From Carcharhinus amblyrhynchos (Eukaryota), in the NCBI GenBank assembly GCA_965287045.1, contig OZ336874.1:17298001-17362000 (forward strand): DNA of 64,000 bases. The letters run 5' to 3'. The notes beneath the pieces were generated by a model. The model was not told the origin of the DNA and did not search any database. It saw only the letters and a list, made by a program, of their open reading frames with translations. This document shows, in pieces, positions 12,897 to 23,777 of this stretch. The position numbers and the translations under genes are program-made. Numbering within the stretch: the stretch's first letter is position 1; the number at the start of each line of letters is the position of its first letter.

Positions 12897-14722
12897 CTGT
12901 AACAAAACACAAAAAAGGTAATAACATGTACAAAAAGAGGGCTTTGTCCACATAACCATGTGCACTACATGCATTCTACAGATACTTGCTTCGACATAGA
13001 ACTAAATTACATAGCTGACATTAAGTGGTTTGTAAAAATAACTAATTTTTATAGAATTTTTCAATTATGTTTGCATCAGTTCTAATCTTACATTAGTTGA
13101 GATCAAACCTATCAGGTTCCCACATATGGACTAAACTACAGACTAACAATACACAAACACCATGCAGAAGATATATTAATAAATATGCACAGAAGAAAGA
13201 ACTGGAGGATCGACAGCATGCTTGAGTTGAGTACAAAACCAACTTCAATGCTGCGTACTTCCAGTTGATGTGAGTAAATGTGCTTGACCACATTGTCACA
13301 TCAGAGCCCTGGTACACGTCTTCAACAGTACATTGAAAGTGCAACTCGTTTGCTTTCAGACTCAGTCAAGGTGGATGCAGCTTCAAGACCTCACCACTAA
13401 CATGTAAACACATATGCACATTAGAAAACAAGGCAAAGCCTGGTACTTCAACTGGGGTCTGGTCATGCAAGCAAGCATATGGCTGACTGTAATATACCAC
13501 CATGCTGAAGACATTTTAGGAAAAGGGGGTAAGGAAAAACATCAAAGAAATAAAACCAACTGAAAAGAAATACAAAATCAAAACTGAAAATACAGTCCAA
13601 GATCTAAGAGGGGGGTGGGGAGGTGGGGAGAAGGTGAGGAGAAACAGAAAGAAAGGAAGAGGAAGGAACTTCGCAGGCGCATATTAGAATATGCTAGTGC
13701 TGTAGTTTACAGTTTAAATCTAAAGTCGGAAAAGCCAGGACAAGAAGCAAGGTTCGGCTAACAGCATTCATATGGACTATGCATTCACATTAAGCAGAAG
13801 CTAGTGCAAGCCACATTAATAAGTTAGTGTTATTTGCACTCAGCATTACTGCAAATAGGTCATGTAACCAGTTAAAACATATAGCACGTTGGCACATTGA
13901 TGAGACTGGACCACACACACAGGGAACACAAGCCTCAAAGTTTAAGAAAGCATTATTACAATCAGTGTTCCTGCTTCGTATACACAATAAGTTTTGCTCA
14001 AATGCCTGTGTCAGTACTTTGAACTTGGTTACATATACACATTGTAGATTGAGCCTACTTTGTAATTCACTAGCGTAGGCCAAGGAGAAAGTTCAAACCG
14101 GGTAAAATATTTGAAAATATACTTTTGCACATAAACGTGCTACTAAGTATCTACTATAGTCCTTTCCCCCAGATTAATTATCTTTGCAACATACAAGAGC
14201 TGTTTTGGAAAAAAAGTGCTGCAAAGGGTTTTTTTTTACAGTGACCCATTATGACCTCATGAGCAATGATGGTTGGCAGCATGGGTAACGGAGCAAGCAA
14301 TTTGTAGACAAAAGAGCAGACGGTACAAAAGAAAAGCGATAAGCAGCCAATATTAATATAGATTTTGCAGGACAAGGTAATGTAATCTCTTTTTCTATAG
14401 AAAAACAGAAACTGAACAATAAGTCTGTTTACTCATGCTTTCGAAAGCCGTGTACTAAATAAATAGCACAACACTCTCAATTTAGTCGGTTTCTCTGAGC
14501 AACAGGCATCAGTGAGAATAACAGAGCAGGAACACTGACCAGTTTAGCAGACCACAGCTTGCCATGCGTCCCAATGCACATTCTCCTCCAACATGCACCA
14601 CTGTCTGACCCCATAAGCGCACAAGCACCAGCAGCCATGACCAGAGCGTTAGATAAGACATAACATTAATCAAGGGCCACAATGCAGCTTCATTCATTTC
14701 AGATTTTTTCTGGTTACTTCAA

Positions 14723-14878
14723 NNNNNNNNNNNNNNNNNNNNNNNNNNNNNNNNNNNNNNNNNNNNNNNNNNNNNNNNNNNNNNNNNNNNNNNNNNNNNN
14801 NNNNNNNNNNNNNNNNNNNNNNNNNNNNNNNNNNNNNNNNNNNNNNNNNNNNNNNNNNNNNNNNNNNNNNNNNNNNNN
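14723..14878. other. Assembly gap (156 N)
   Basis: Run of N. Confidence 1.
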
Positions 14879-16062
14879 CAACTGCTACTAGTACATTTTA
14901 TCTAGCTCTGATTAAGCCTTCCTACCTCAACTTCCAAAATCACCATTTGTTTGATGTTAAGATGGTGTCAAGAGCTACAACTAGCATCATTTTGAAATTT
15001 TCAGTCCATTTGATGAAACAAATAGTTCACCCTTCCTAATGCTAGCGAGTTTATGCCATTATCTAGAAATCAAGATCACTTGATCTTCTGGATAGTTTGC
15101 AAGCATCGAGCCCTCCACTGTTAAAAGACAGAACAGGAAATAAAGGCAAGATTCCAAGAAGAAGCTAGTTTTAGCCTAGGAGCACCTACACTGCAGTAAT
15201 GAGCTCGAAGCTGTTAAATTGATTTTTTAAAAATTTCTTTTTCTTTTACTTTGTAATTGAAAATGTATTAAAATCATATTTTTTGCATCATCCCCTAAAC
15301 AATCCTCGATTACACTTCTTATATGGAAAAGTATTGTAAAAATTCATTGTGGTCATTTCATGGATTTGATAAAGGCTACAAGTGGAGAGACACTCAGATT
15401 GAAGTAATCGGAAGAGAACGCTGTCAACAGTTTCGAAAACCACATTCTGATTTTGTGTTCTGATTTCAGAGTCTCGAACCAAATCAAGCTGAAAACAAGA
15501 CAGCTTTCAAACCCAGTTCATTACTGGAGTGGCAGGGATTTGCAGGTATCTCCATAACATATATAAAGAAGAAAAAGAAAAAAAGAATCAATTGTGCTCT
15601 GCTTATTGTATTTTATTTGTGAAGTCAGTGCTTACACACATATTATCGCCACCCCTTGCATCTCAGGATTGAAGTGCATATATTCACACACCCCAGTGCT
15701 TGGAGTTACTTGTTGCTGATTAGTAGCACACCAAGCAATCAAGTCATGACAAAGTTAAATGAAACAAAAATAACAAAAGAAAAATGTAAAGCACAAATTT
15801 AAATTAATGCATAACAAAAAGAAGTTAAAATGTAAAAACAAATATACTTACAAACCCATCACACAGGATAGATTAGGCTGAAGCGTGCTTTATTTTAAAA
15901 TCACTGTACCTTTTAATTGTATTAGTTTTTTTTTGTGTGCACTAATAAGCCAACTAGAGTAGATTCTTCTGTTCCCTAGTGCAGTAACTTTTTACATTTA
16001 GATATGCTTCCAATACCCTGAGTCTTTCTCAATAGTGGATGCCACGGTTTGGTTTCTCCTAC

Positions 16063-16173
16063 CTCTCACATATAGATTGGCAGGGGCAGAATAACGTGTA
16101 CCAGCACTGTTGGTTGCCACACACTCATATTTCCCTTGGTCTGATTCTTCACTGTTATCTATCTGGAGGGCAC
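16063..16173 (-). CDS. PTPRD: PTPRD-like exon, Ig2 second half ([37 protein letters not shown])
   Basis: 111 nt, phase 1-1; catacag|GTGCC ... AGAG|gtagga; contains the Ig DxGxYxC motif. Confidence 0.95.
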
Positions 16174-17688
16174 CTGTATGGGAGAGAAAAACAAAATGTG
16201 CGCAGAAAACAGTTAGGGAGTGTCTTATCATTTTAGCTCTTATATTCATTTAATTTTTTTTTCCAAATCCTTTCAACATCGTGAAAGGACTTGTCTGCGA
16301 AGCTCCATTCAGCGTCGAGTCATTGCTTTGCTAGGGTGAGCAGACAGAGTGGATGTGATGGGTAAGTTAGTGAAAGACGGATTTCACACCATCAAAACCA
16401 GCAGGAGATTTTTTTTTTCACAACGAAATCCTGCTCTGGGAAATTCACTGGTCAATGGATGGGTGAGGTTGCTTCAAAGGAGCAAGGCTTTTGGGGTAAA
16501 ATAAAAGCGTTAACATTAAAAAAGTCACCACAAAGATTCGGAAATGTCGAAAAAGGCAGACACGTTCTCAAGAAACATTTTCTCCAGGGTTCAGTCAAAA
16601 AGTTGCAGCAAAAACACAAAAAGCTGCTCAAAGTGAAAAAAAAAGAATTTTGGTTAGTTAGGCATAATCTCTCAAAATACTGTTCAAAAGACCTTTTAAA
16701 AAGTAACTCTTGCTACACATGCAACCTTGTAGGACATAAATGTAATTATTGTGCAACTTACAATCTTTCAGACCCTTTTGCTGAAAAATAAAAATACATA
16801 AGAGTAAATTGGATCAGTAAAGAAAAACTCACACTTCTGTCTTATTGTAAGATGGTGGCCCAAGCCAATTGGAAAGATCAACCAACCTCTGCCGCAGGAC
16901 CTTCTAAGGCCCCAAGACACGAAAAAATCCACAAGTGGGATTAGTAGTTTAGTGTCTGCCCACAAAATGCAAGAAAAAAAATCCAAAATTATTGTCTGTG
17001 TTTGCACGATGCGTTAAAAAGGAAAAAAAAAGTAGCGGTACCATCTTCACCATGCCTCAAAACGTTCACTGGGAGCTTCCACCTTGCGAGTCTTGAAGAA
17101 GGAGGTCGCTTGAAAAACTCGAAATGCGCAAATCCGTGAAAAAGTTTTTTTTTGTTTTTTTTGGAAAGAAAAAAAAGTGTAACTGGATAAGGAAAGTTTG
17201 AAAAGTGCTGGCTTGAAGAAGGGAAAAAGAAAAAGTGAAGAAAAATGACAAAACTTGTTCCTTGAGGGGAGGGTAAAAAGCTGACAAAAACAAAAAATTA
17301 TTATTCAAGTCTTTTGCAGGTGCTCCACAGACCATGTGATCTTATGGCCAAGATCAAGAACGGCTACGCAGGTCAGGTTTGAGAAAGGGAAGGGGAGTGA
17401 GTTTATCCTGAGCTTCTAATAATATAAAAAAAGAGGATAATGATACGCTGTGACTGGATATGGACAAAGGACAATGATATGCGGTCTCTTAAGCATATCA
17501 GAAACAAAATCCTTTACATCCAAAACAAAAAAAAAGCAGACACAACAGGAACATCATTGAAATGAAAACAAATTGGACAAAGCAAAACAGGAAAGAATGG
17601 ACATCTTTACATGACAAACATGAGAGATATGAAAGGACAGAAGAAATGAGGAGGATCAATTCTGTGAACGTTAGTTCAGCATTCTTAC

Positions 17689-17706
17689 CTCGTATTGGAG
17701 TACCAC
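17689..17706 (-). CDS. PTPRD: 18-nt microexon meA6 (GTGGTACTCCAATACGAG, encodes GGTPIR)
   Basis: cacccag|exon|gtaaga, with branch-point-like tactaat at 17751-17757; peptide identical to PTPRD meA6. Confidence 0.95.
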
Positions 17707-18308
17707 CTGGGTGGATAATATGAATGCAAATAAGATTAGAAAGAAGAAGCATTAGTACGAGAAGAAGGAGGCTAGGGCTTTGGAAGATAAAATCAAATTA
17801 GATTTACAGAATAAAGATCTAGAAAGAAGCTGAATTACTGTATTGGTAAACAGGATTATATTAGATAGTATTAGGTTAGTAAAGCAAGTTGTACCATAAG
17901 GACAATGTCCACAGTTGGCGACATTGCCTCTGCCAGAGCAGAAATTGACAGTGAAGTCTTAGGAGATTGGTCACAAGGGTAGATACAATAGTGTTTGACA
18001 GCCTAGAACCCTTAAAATATTTAAAACTGTTTAAGCAAATATCGGAAACACTGTAAGGCTTGGTGGATATAACTACTACAGTTTAGGTTGGATTACGGTA
18101 TCTATTCAACTACATCTAAAGTGAAGTTTGTGTATCAAGTTTTTAGACAGGTATATCTTACTGCTGATAGCACTTGTTTTTGTGGAAGTGTGTGCCACTA
18201 CGGAGAGATCCAGTGACTACACTAACTGTTAGTAAAATGCATGCCATGCATTTTAATCTGAATATGGAATTAGTGGGGGTGAAGTGCGCTTCAGAACTAA
18301 GCACTTAC

Positions 18309-18317
18309 CAAAGGATT
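18309..18317 (-). CDS. PTPRD: 9-nt microexon meA3 (AATCCTTTG, encodes ESF)
   Basis: Minus strand reads ...tctttcttctttccgtgttaaatctccag|AATCCTTTG|gtaagtgc; phase 1-1; position and size match the PTPRD meA3 (ESI) exon. Confidence 0.88.
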
Positions 18318-19419
18318 CTGGAGATTTAACACGGAAAGAAGAAAGACAGCATAAAAATATTATTATATTCCTTATAATTTGGTACAAATTTTCAGAGTTA
18401 AAGCTTTAAAACTATATCATCTACTTGACAGGTGAAAATTAATCTTAATTCACATTAACAGGCTAATTTACACAATTCTGCTGACAACAAGCAAAGAGGC
18501 AGTTAACAAGACGACTTAAACATCACAGGACAGGTCAAAGCTGAGAATCCTGGTAACACAGGTGATCAAACATCTCAGTATAGAAAGATATAGTTACTAT
18601 TGTGAATGCAAACAGGTTCTTACAAGACTATCAGTGGGCACTAGCCAATGTTTAGCACGTCACTTAATAAATTTAGGATCAGATAAAGCTCAACTATCAG
18701 CTATAGCAAAAGAAGAAACTAGGGAAGGCAGATAAAGAATATTAAAGGTAGTTCAAGGGAGGCCACGGTTAAAGATAGCAGAAAAAGCTAGAGTCTACAC
18801 GAAAAGCAGGCTTCTGTAGATCCTGATATTTAGACTGGAAGACTTTTAGTGCATACACATTACTGTGCTAAATGGAAAAATAATTCAGGAGCAAAAACCA
18901 AACATCAACTTTAGTCAGTTTCCAAAGATCTCATTGTATACTAATGTATGGAAAAAAAATACAGTGCACTTTGTCAATGAGAGGGAACAAAACAGCTGTC
19001 TATTCTTCGTTAGGTTAAAAAATGTAGAGAAGACAGTACAAAACACAGTTTCTTGGTTTTAGTTTTTTTTAGTTTGAAGATTGGTTTTAAAAGGCTTAAA
19101 ACCATTTGGTTCTCCTTGCACTTCTGAATGAAGCCCAATGTTTTGAACTTAATCAGTAAAAAAAAGAAAAAAAAACAAAAAAGAGGAAATGGATCTGTTA
19201 AGTACTGCTAAAAGCAGTTTAAAAAAAATCATCAAAAATACAGTCACAGCAGTGAGCAATATGGAATTAACAGAAGCTGCACACACAGACACTGGAACAG
19301 GCTATGACAACATCACAAACATGAACAACACACCAAAGTATACGTAAAGAGGATAGGAATAGAAAAAAATATTACCTATAAAACAAATCTACCACGTGAT
19401 AACAGTAACAAGACCCTAC

Positions 19420-19605
19420 CTGACCGTAGCTGTTTGATGCGTCCAGTGCTGCTTGTGTCAACAGGTAAGAAGTCTTTAAACCAAGTAATTTCTGGATCTG
19501 GGTTACCACTTGCAGCACACAGCATGGTGGCTGTGCGTGTTCGCTCTACCACCTTCAACTGAGGGCCCATGTCTATTGTGGGATAACCCACAGGTAGCTG
19601 ATCCT
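19420..19605 (-). CDS. PTPRD: PTPRD-like receptor tyrosine phosphatase exon, Ig2 first half ([62 protein letters not shown])
   Basis: 186 nt, phase 1-1; acceptor tttcag|AGGAT and donor TCAG|gtaggg; peptide nearly identical to LAR-RPTP Ig2. Confidence 0.93.
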
Positions 19606-19977
19606 CTGAAAGAAAGGACAATAAGAGAAACACACCCATGTGTCAATTAATAACCAGCATCACATAAAATTCCCACAGAGCTCTCGTCAACATAGGACCA
19701 TAGCTCCACGTTGAATGTCAATTCAATAATATTTTAATATATCCTGTGGAATGTTCCACATATGCACTACAACATGATGAGCTGAATATAAACATCAGTC
19801 AAATAGGCAAGTCATCCTCAGGCCTGTGCAAGCTTTGATTAGAACCACTGAAATGTCCAGGAACCTACTTGCTTTTAACAAAAAAACCATGCAAACAGGG
19901 CTGCAGCAAGCACACCTGAATAACTGAATGTTTTCTAAATGGAATTTCAGTTCTAGTCAGCACAGACTATCCCGTTA

Positions 19978-20096
19978 AACACAAAATGTGCAGATGCGCA
20001 AGAACAGAAAAATGCTGGAAACATAGGCCTAACAGCATCTGTGGAGAGAGAGCAGAGCCACCGTTTCAAGTCTAGATGACCCTTCATCAGAACTGG
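19978..20096 (-). mobile_element. Penelope-like terminal fragment with a minimal hammerhead-like core
   Basis: Minus strand agttCTGATGAagggtcatctagacttGAAAcggtggct; same family as 59187-59400. Confidence 0.65.
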
Positions 20097-20099
20097 ACG

Positions 20100-20600
20100 G
20101 ACTATCTTGGGCTTTTTTAATAGGGACAGAGAGTACAAGAACAAGGAGGCTTTGATGAACTTATGTAAGACATTAGACAGACCTCAGCTGGAGTATTGTG
20201 TAAAGTTCTGGGCATCACACTATAGGAAAGATGTCAACGCATTGGAGAGAGAGTGCAGGGGAGGTTTATGAGAACGGTTCCAGGGATGAGAAACTCTAGT
20301 TATGAGAATAGATTGCAAAGGTTGGAACTGTTCTCCTTGGAGAGAAGGCTAAAAGGAAACTTGACAGAGATATTCAAAATCACAAGGGGCTGAATAGTCA
20401 GGGAGAAGTTGTTCCTGTCTGTAAAAGAATAGAGAATGAGAGGGCATAGATTTAAACTAATTGGCGAAAGAAGAAAATGTGACTCGAGAAAAATCTTTCC
20501 TGCACAGCGAGTGGTTCAAGTTTAGAATGAATGCACTGTCTGAGAACGTGGTGGAAGCAGGTTCAATTGAAGCATTCAAGAGGGCATTGGTTGTGGTTTG
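20100..20600 (+). mobile_element. CR1 LINE ORF2 3' fragment
   Basis: agacctcagctggagtattgtgta (RPQLEYCV) and FxQRVV-like motifs. Confidence 0.85.
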
Positions 20601-20649
20601 TAAGCTGCTCCACATATGCTGGTGCTTGGTAACGTGATCCAAAGACCAG

Positions 20650-20776
20650 GGGTGGAATTTTCCTGTCCCACCCACCACGGGAATCGCAGCAGGCGGGAGT
20701 AGATCATGCAAAAGGTCCATTGAGCTCAGGTGGGAAGTTCCAGGTTTGGGACAAGCATGGCAGGAAAATTAAACCC
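20650..20776. mobile_element. MITE with a 3-bp CAG target-site duplication
   Basis: cag|gggtggaattttcctg ... caggaaaattaaaccc|cag; relatives at about 51824-51949 and 59401-59469. Confidence 0.65.
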
Positions 20777-21689
20777 CAGGAGTCAGATTCCACCTGCAGG
20801 CTGATGACACCCACTTCCATCAACCAGTATGTTTGTCTATCCTACCATCTGCAGTCAGAGTGCTTGACAATTATCTGGTCTTGGAAATGCTTTTCTCCTG
20901 TTTAACCCCAGTCACCATCTTTGACTAAAGCAACACAAAACCTTCGTATTCCTTGATAACATTTTCAAATCCTGACAACGGTACGAAAGAATTCAAACAA
21001 AAAAGATAATCAAGAGGAACTCACTACAGTTAAACTGTAAATTAAATTTAACAGCTAAATCATTCAAGCCGATTTAAACCCCAAAATTATTCAGCAACAC
21101 AAACTGCAGCAAAACAAAAGCATCTTGCAGCTATGGATTATGTTCAAATGTGGGATGATTTTTTTTCCCTTCAAGCCAAAAGACTCTCCAATGAATAGCA
21201 TTTTGAAGTGAGGCATTATGGTCATTGTATCTCAGCTCTCAGCAATAAATGTGGCTTTAATAATCACATTTCCAAATTCTGAAGGACTGACCTTGAGAAT
21301 AACTGACAATTTTTGACTTGTGCTGCACCGGAACAACTTCAGTGCATTCACGTAACCTGCACTTGCCTCGAGTAGTGCAGTATTAAGCAATGCTGAAGTG
21401 CTCAATAGTCAGTTTTCTTCTTCAGAACTATTTATGTACGAGTAGAACAATGCTAACATGCATTGCATGCCAAGTGGGATTAGTGCTGACACAGGCTTAT
21501 TTACAGTAAGAACAATTCAATTATACAATGCCTTACTCGTTTTTCACAGATCTTCTTTGTCTTTAATAGCTTTCTTGTATTTTTCTAAGAAACACCATAT
21601 ATACTGGCTCCAGTCTGAGAGCCAGTCACTATGAAATAACAAACATTTTGTAGGAATACAACCACAATACTTAAATTCAATTTTAATTA

Positions 21690-22240
21690 TTTGATTTCAT
21701 TCATTATTGTCACATGTATTATTATGCATGAAAAATATTGTTTCTTGTGCTATACAGACAAAGCATCCATACATAGAGAAGGAAAGGAGACGGTGCAGAA
21801 TGTAGTGTTACAGTCATAGCTCGGGTGTAGAGGAAGATCAACTTAATGCGAGGTAGTCCCTTCAAAAGTCTGAAGGCAGCAAGGAAGAAGTTGTTCTTGA
21901 ATCGGTTGGTATGTGTCCTCAGCCTTTTGTATCTCTTTCTCGATGGAAGAGAGTATGTCTGGGGTACATGGGGTCCTTAATTAGGCTGACTGCTTTTCTG
22001 AGGCAGCGGGGAATGTAGACAGTCAATGGATGAGAGGCTGGTTTGTGTGATTGATGGGGCTTCATTCACGAACCTTTGAAGTTTCTTGCAGTCTTGGGCA
22101 GAGCAGGAGCATACCAAGCTGTGATAAATCCGGAAAGGATGTTTTCTACAATGCATCTGTAAAAGTTGGTGAGTGTCATGGTGGACATGCTAAGTTTCCT
22201 TCCGAAAAAGTAGAGGTATTAGTGGGCTTTCCTAATTGCA
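21690..22240 (-). mobile_element. Rex1/Babar-like LINE 3' fragment
   Basis: Reverse complement aligns to 9896-10405 without the CR1 insert. Confidence 0.75.
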
Positions 22241-22315
22241 GTTAAGTGTAACATTTAAATCAGCTCCAAATAAATTTAGAAAGTGCTGATGAATCCTAGT
22301 GAATCCACCAAATTA

Positions 22316-22650
22316 TAAGACCATAAGATGTAGGGTCAGAGTAGCCATTTGGCCCATCAAGTGTGTTCTGCCATTCAATGAATTCCATAGATTCACTACC
22401 CTCTGAATGGTTGACCCTTTATTCTGAGATTGTGCCCTCTGATCCTTGACTCTCCCACAAGGGAAAACAATTTCTCAGCATCTACCCTGTCAAGCCCCTG
22501 AGGATCCTATATATTTCAATAAGGTAGCCTCTCATTCTTCTAAGCTCCAGTGAATACAGGCCCAACCTAGTCAACCTCTCCACGTAAGAAAATCCCTCCA
22601 TACCCAGGATCAACCAAGTGAATCTTCTCTGGACTGTCTCCAACGCCAGT
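22316..22650 (-). mobile_element. CR1 LINE 3' fragment
   Basis: cataagatgtagggtcagagtagccatttggccc tail followed by ORF2 remnant. Confidence 0.75.
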
Positions 22651-22689
22651 TTTTTTTTAAAACAAAGTTTTAACTGTTCTCTTGGGAAG

Positions 22690-23050
22690 ATTATGGGGAA
22701 ATTTAATTGAGGTGTTCAAAATGATGAAGCATTTTGATAGTTTAAGCAAAGAGAAACTGTTTCCTTTGGAAGGAGGAATGACCAGAAGAGGCCACAGATC
22801 AAGCTAATTGGCAATAATTGAGGAGGAAAATTAGGAGAAGCTGTTTTATGGAGAAAATTGTCATGGACTGTATGAAAAGTAGTAAAAGCATATTCAATAA
22901 TGACTTTCAGAATGGAATTGGATATATTACTGACAAAAAATAAAATCATGGCTGTTGTGCAATAGGAGGGACATGGGATTAAATGGATCACTCTATCAAA
23001 AAGTTGATAGGCATAATAGGGTGAATGGCTTCTTTCTACGCTGTATGTGA
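22690..23050 (+). mobile_element. Old CR1 LINE 3' fragment
   Basis: ggaaatttaattgaggtgttcaaaatgatg...accagaagaggccacag...gaatggcttctttc. Confidence 0.65.
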
Positions 23051-23777
23051 CAGCAAACCATAGCTGTATGAGTTTGCCTTCTCCAAAGGGTACAACTCAC
23101 TTTTCTGTGGGTTATATTGAAACATGACTAATGCTAAATGCATCAAAACAAATAAGTGGATCAATTTGTAACTTGTATTTTGCACTAATTGGTTGACACA
23201 GTAACAATAGGTAGAAAAGTTAACCACAAAATGCCCTGTTTGTGTTCAGACAGCTGAGATTAACTGTGAGTGCTGCATTATCAAGCTCTTCAAATACTAG
23301 AACAATTTCTGACACAGTGTGAAACTAATGCAATTATGTTGCTCAACAGAACTATCTTAGATATGACAACATCTGGAAATAAAATCAGTTCATGAGGTTA
23401 AAAAAAAGCATTCTGCGCAGACCAACATTATAGCTCACTACATCACTTGGGAATGTGTCCGAGAATCTTATTAGATTTAATCTTTCATGCTGAATTAGTG
23501 ATTCATTTATGAACAGTTTAAATATGTATTGACCTTCACAGTGCCATCCAATTCACTCATCGAAGGTACCTGTGATATTTAAAAAGGATTAATACTTTGT
23601 TTGGAGACATCATCACCATCACTTTTGCAACATCAAAGTTTGGTGCTGCCTTTTTGTAAGCAAATAACTAACAATGCACCATTCCTTTTTTGAATAAAAA
23701 CAATAAAACGTACGTGTGGAAGGGTGGAGTTGGGAGGATGTGGGAGTGGTTGGAAAGATCAGGGCCCTTCTACAAAC

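Noticed and set aside
13440-13451. 12-nt TTGAAGTACCAG as a divergent meB
   Set aside because: Followed by gctttg, which is not a credible GC donor, and VEVP does not resemble ELRE.
15852-15877. Possible small exon before a strong gtaagt donor
   Set aside because: 26 nt, immediate in-frame TAA, no pyrimidine tract and weak exon-side donor bases.
16459-16791. Lysine-rich 110-aa ORF antisense to the intron
   Set aside because: Arises from A-runs (U-rich intron on the gene strand); no domain similarity.
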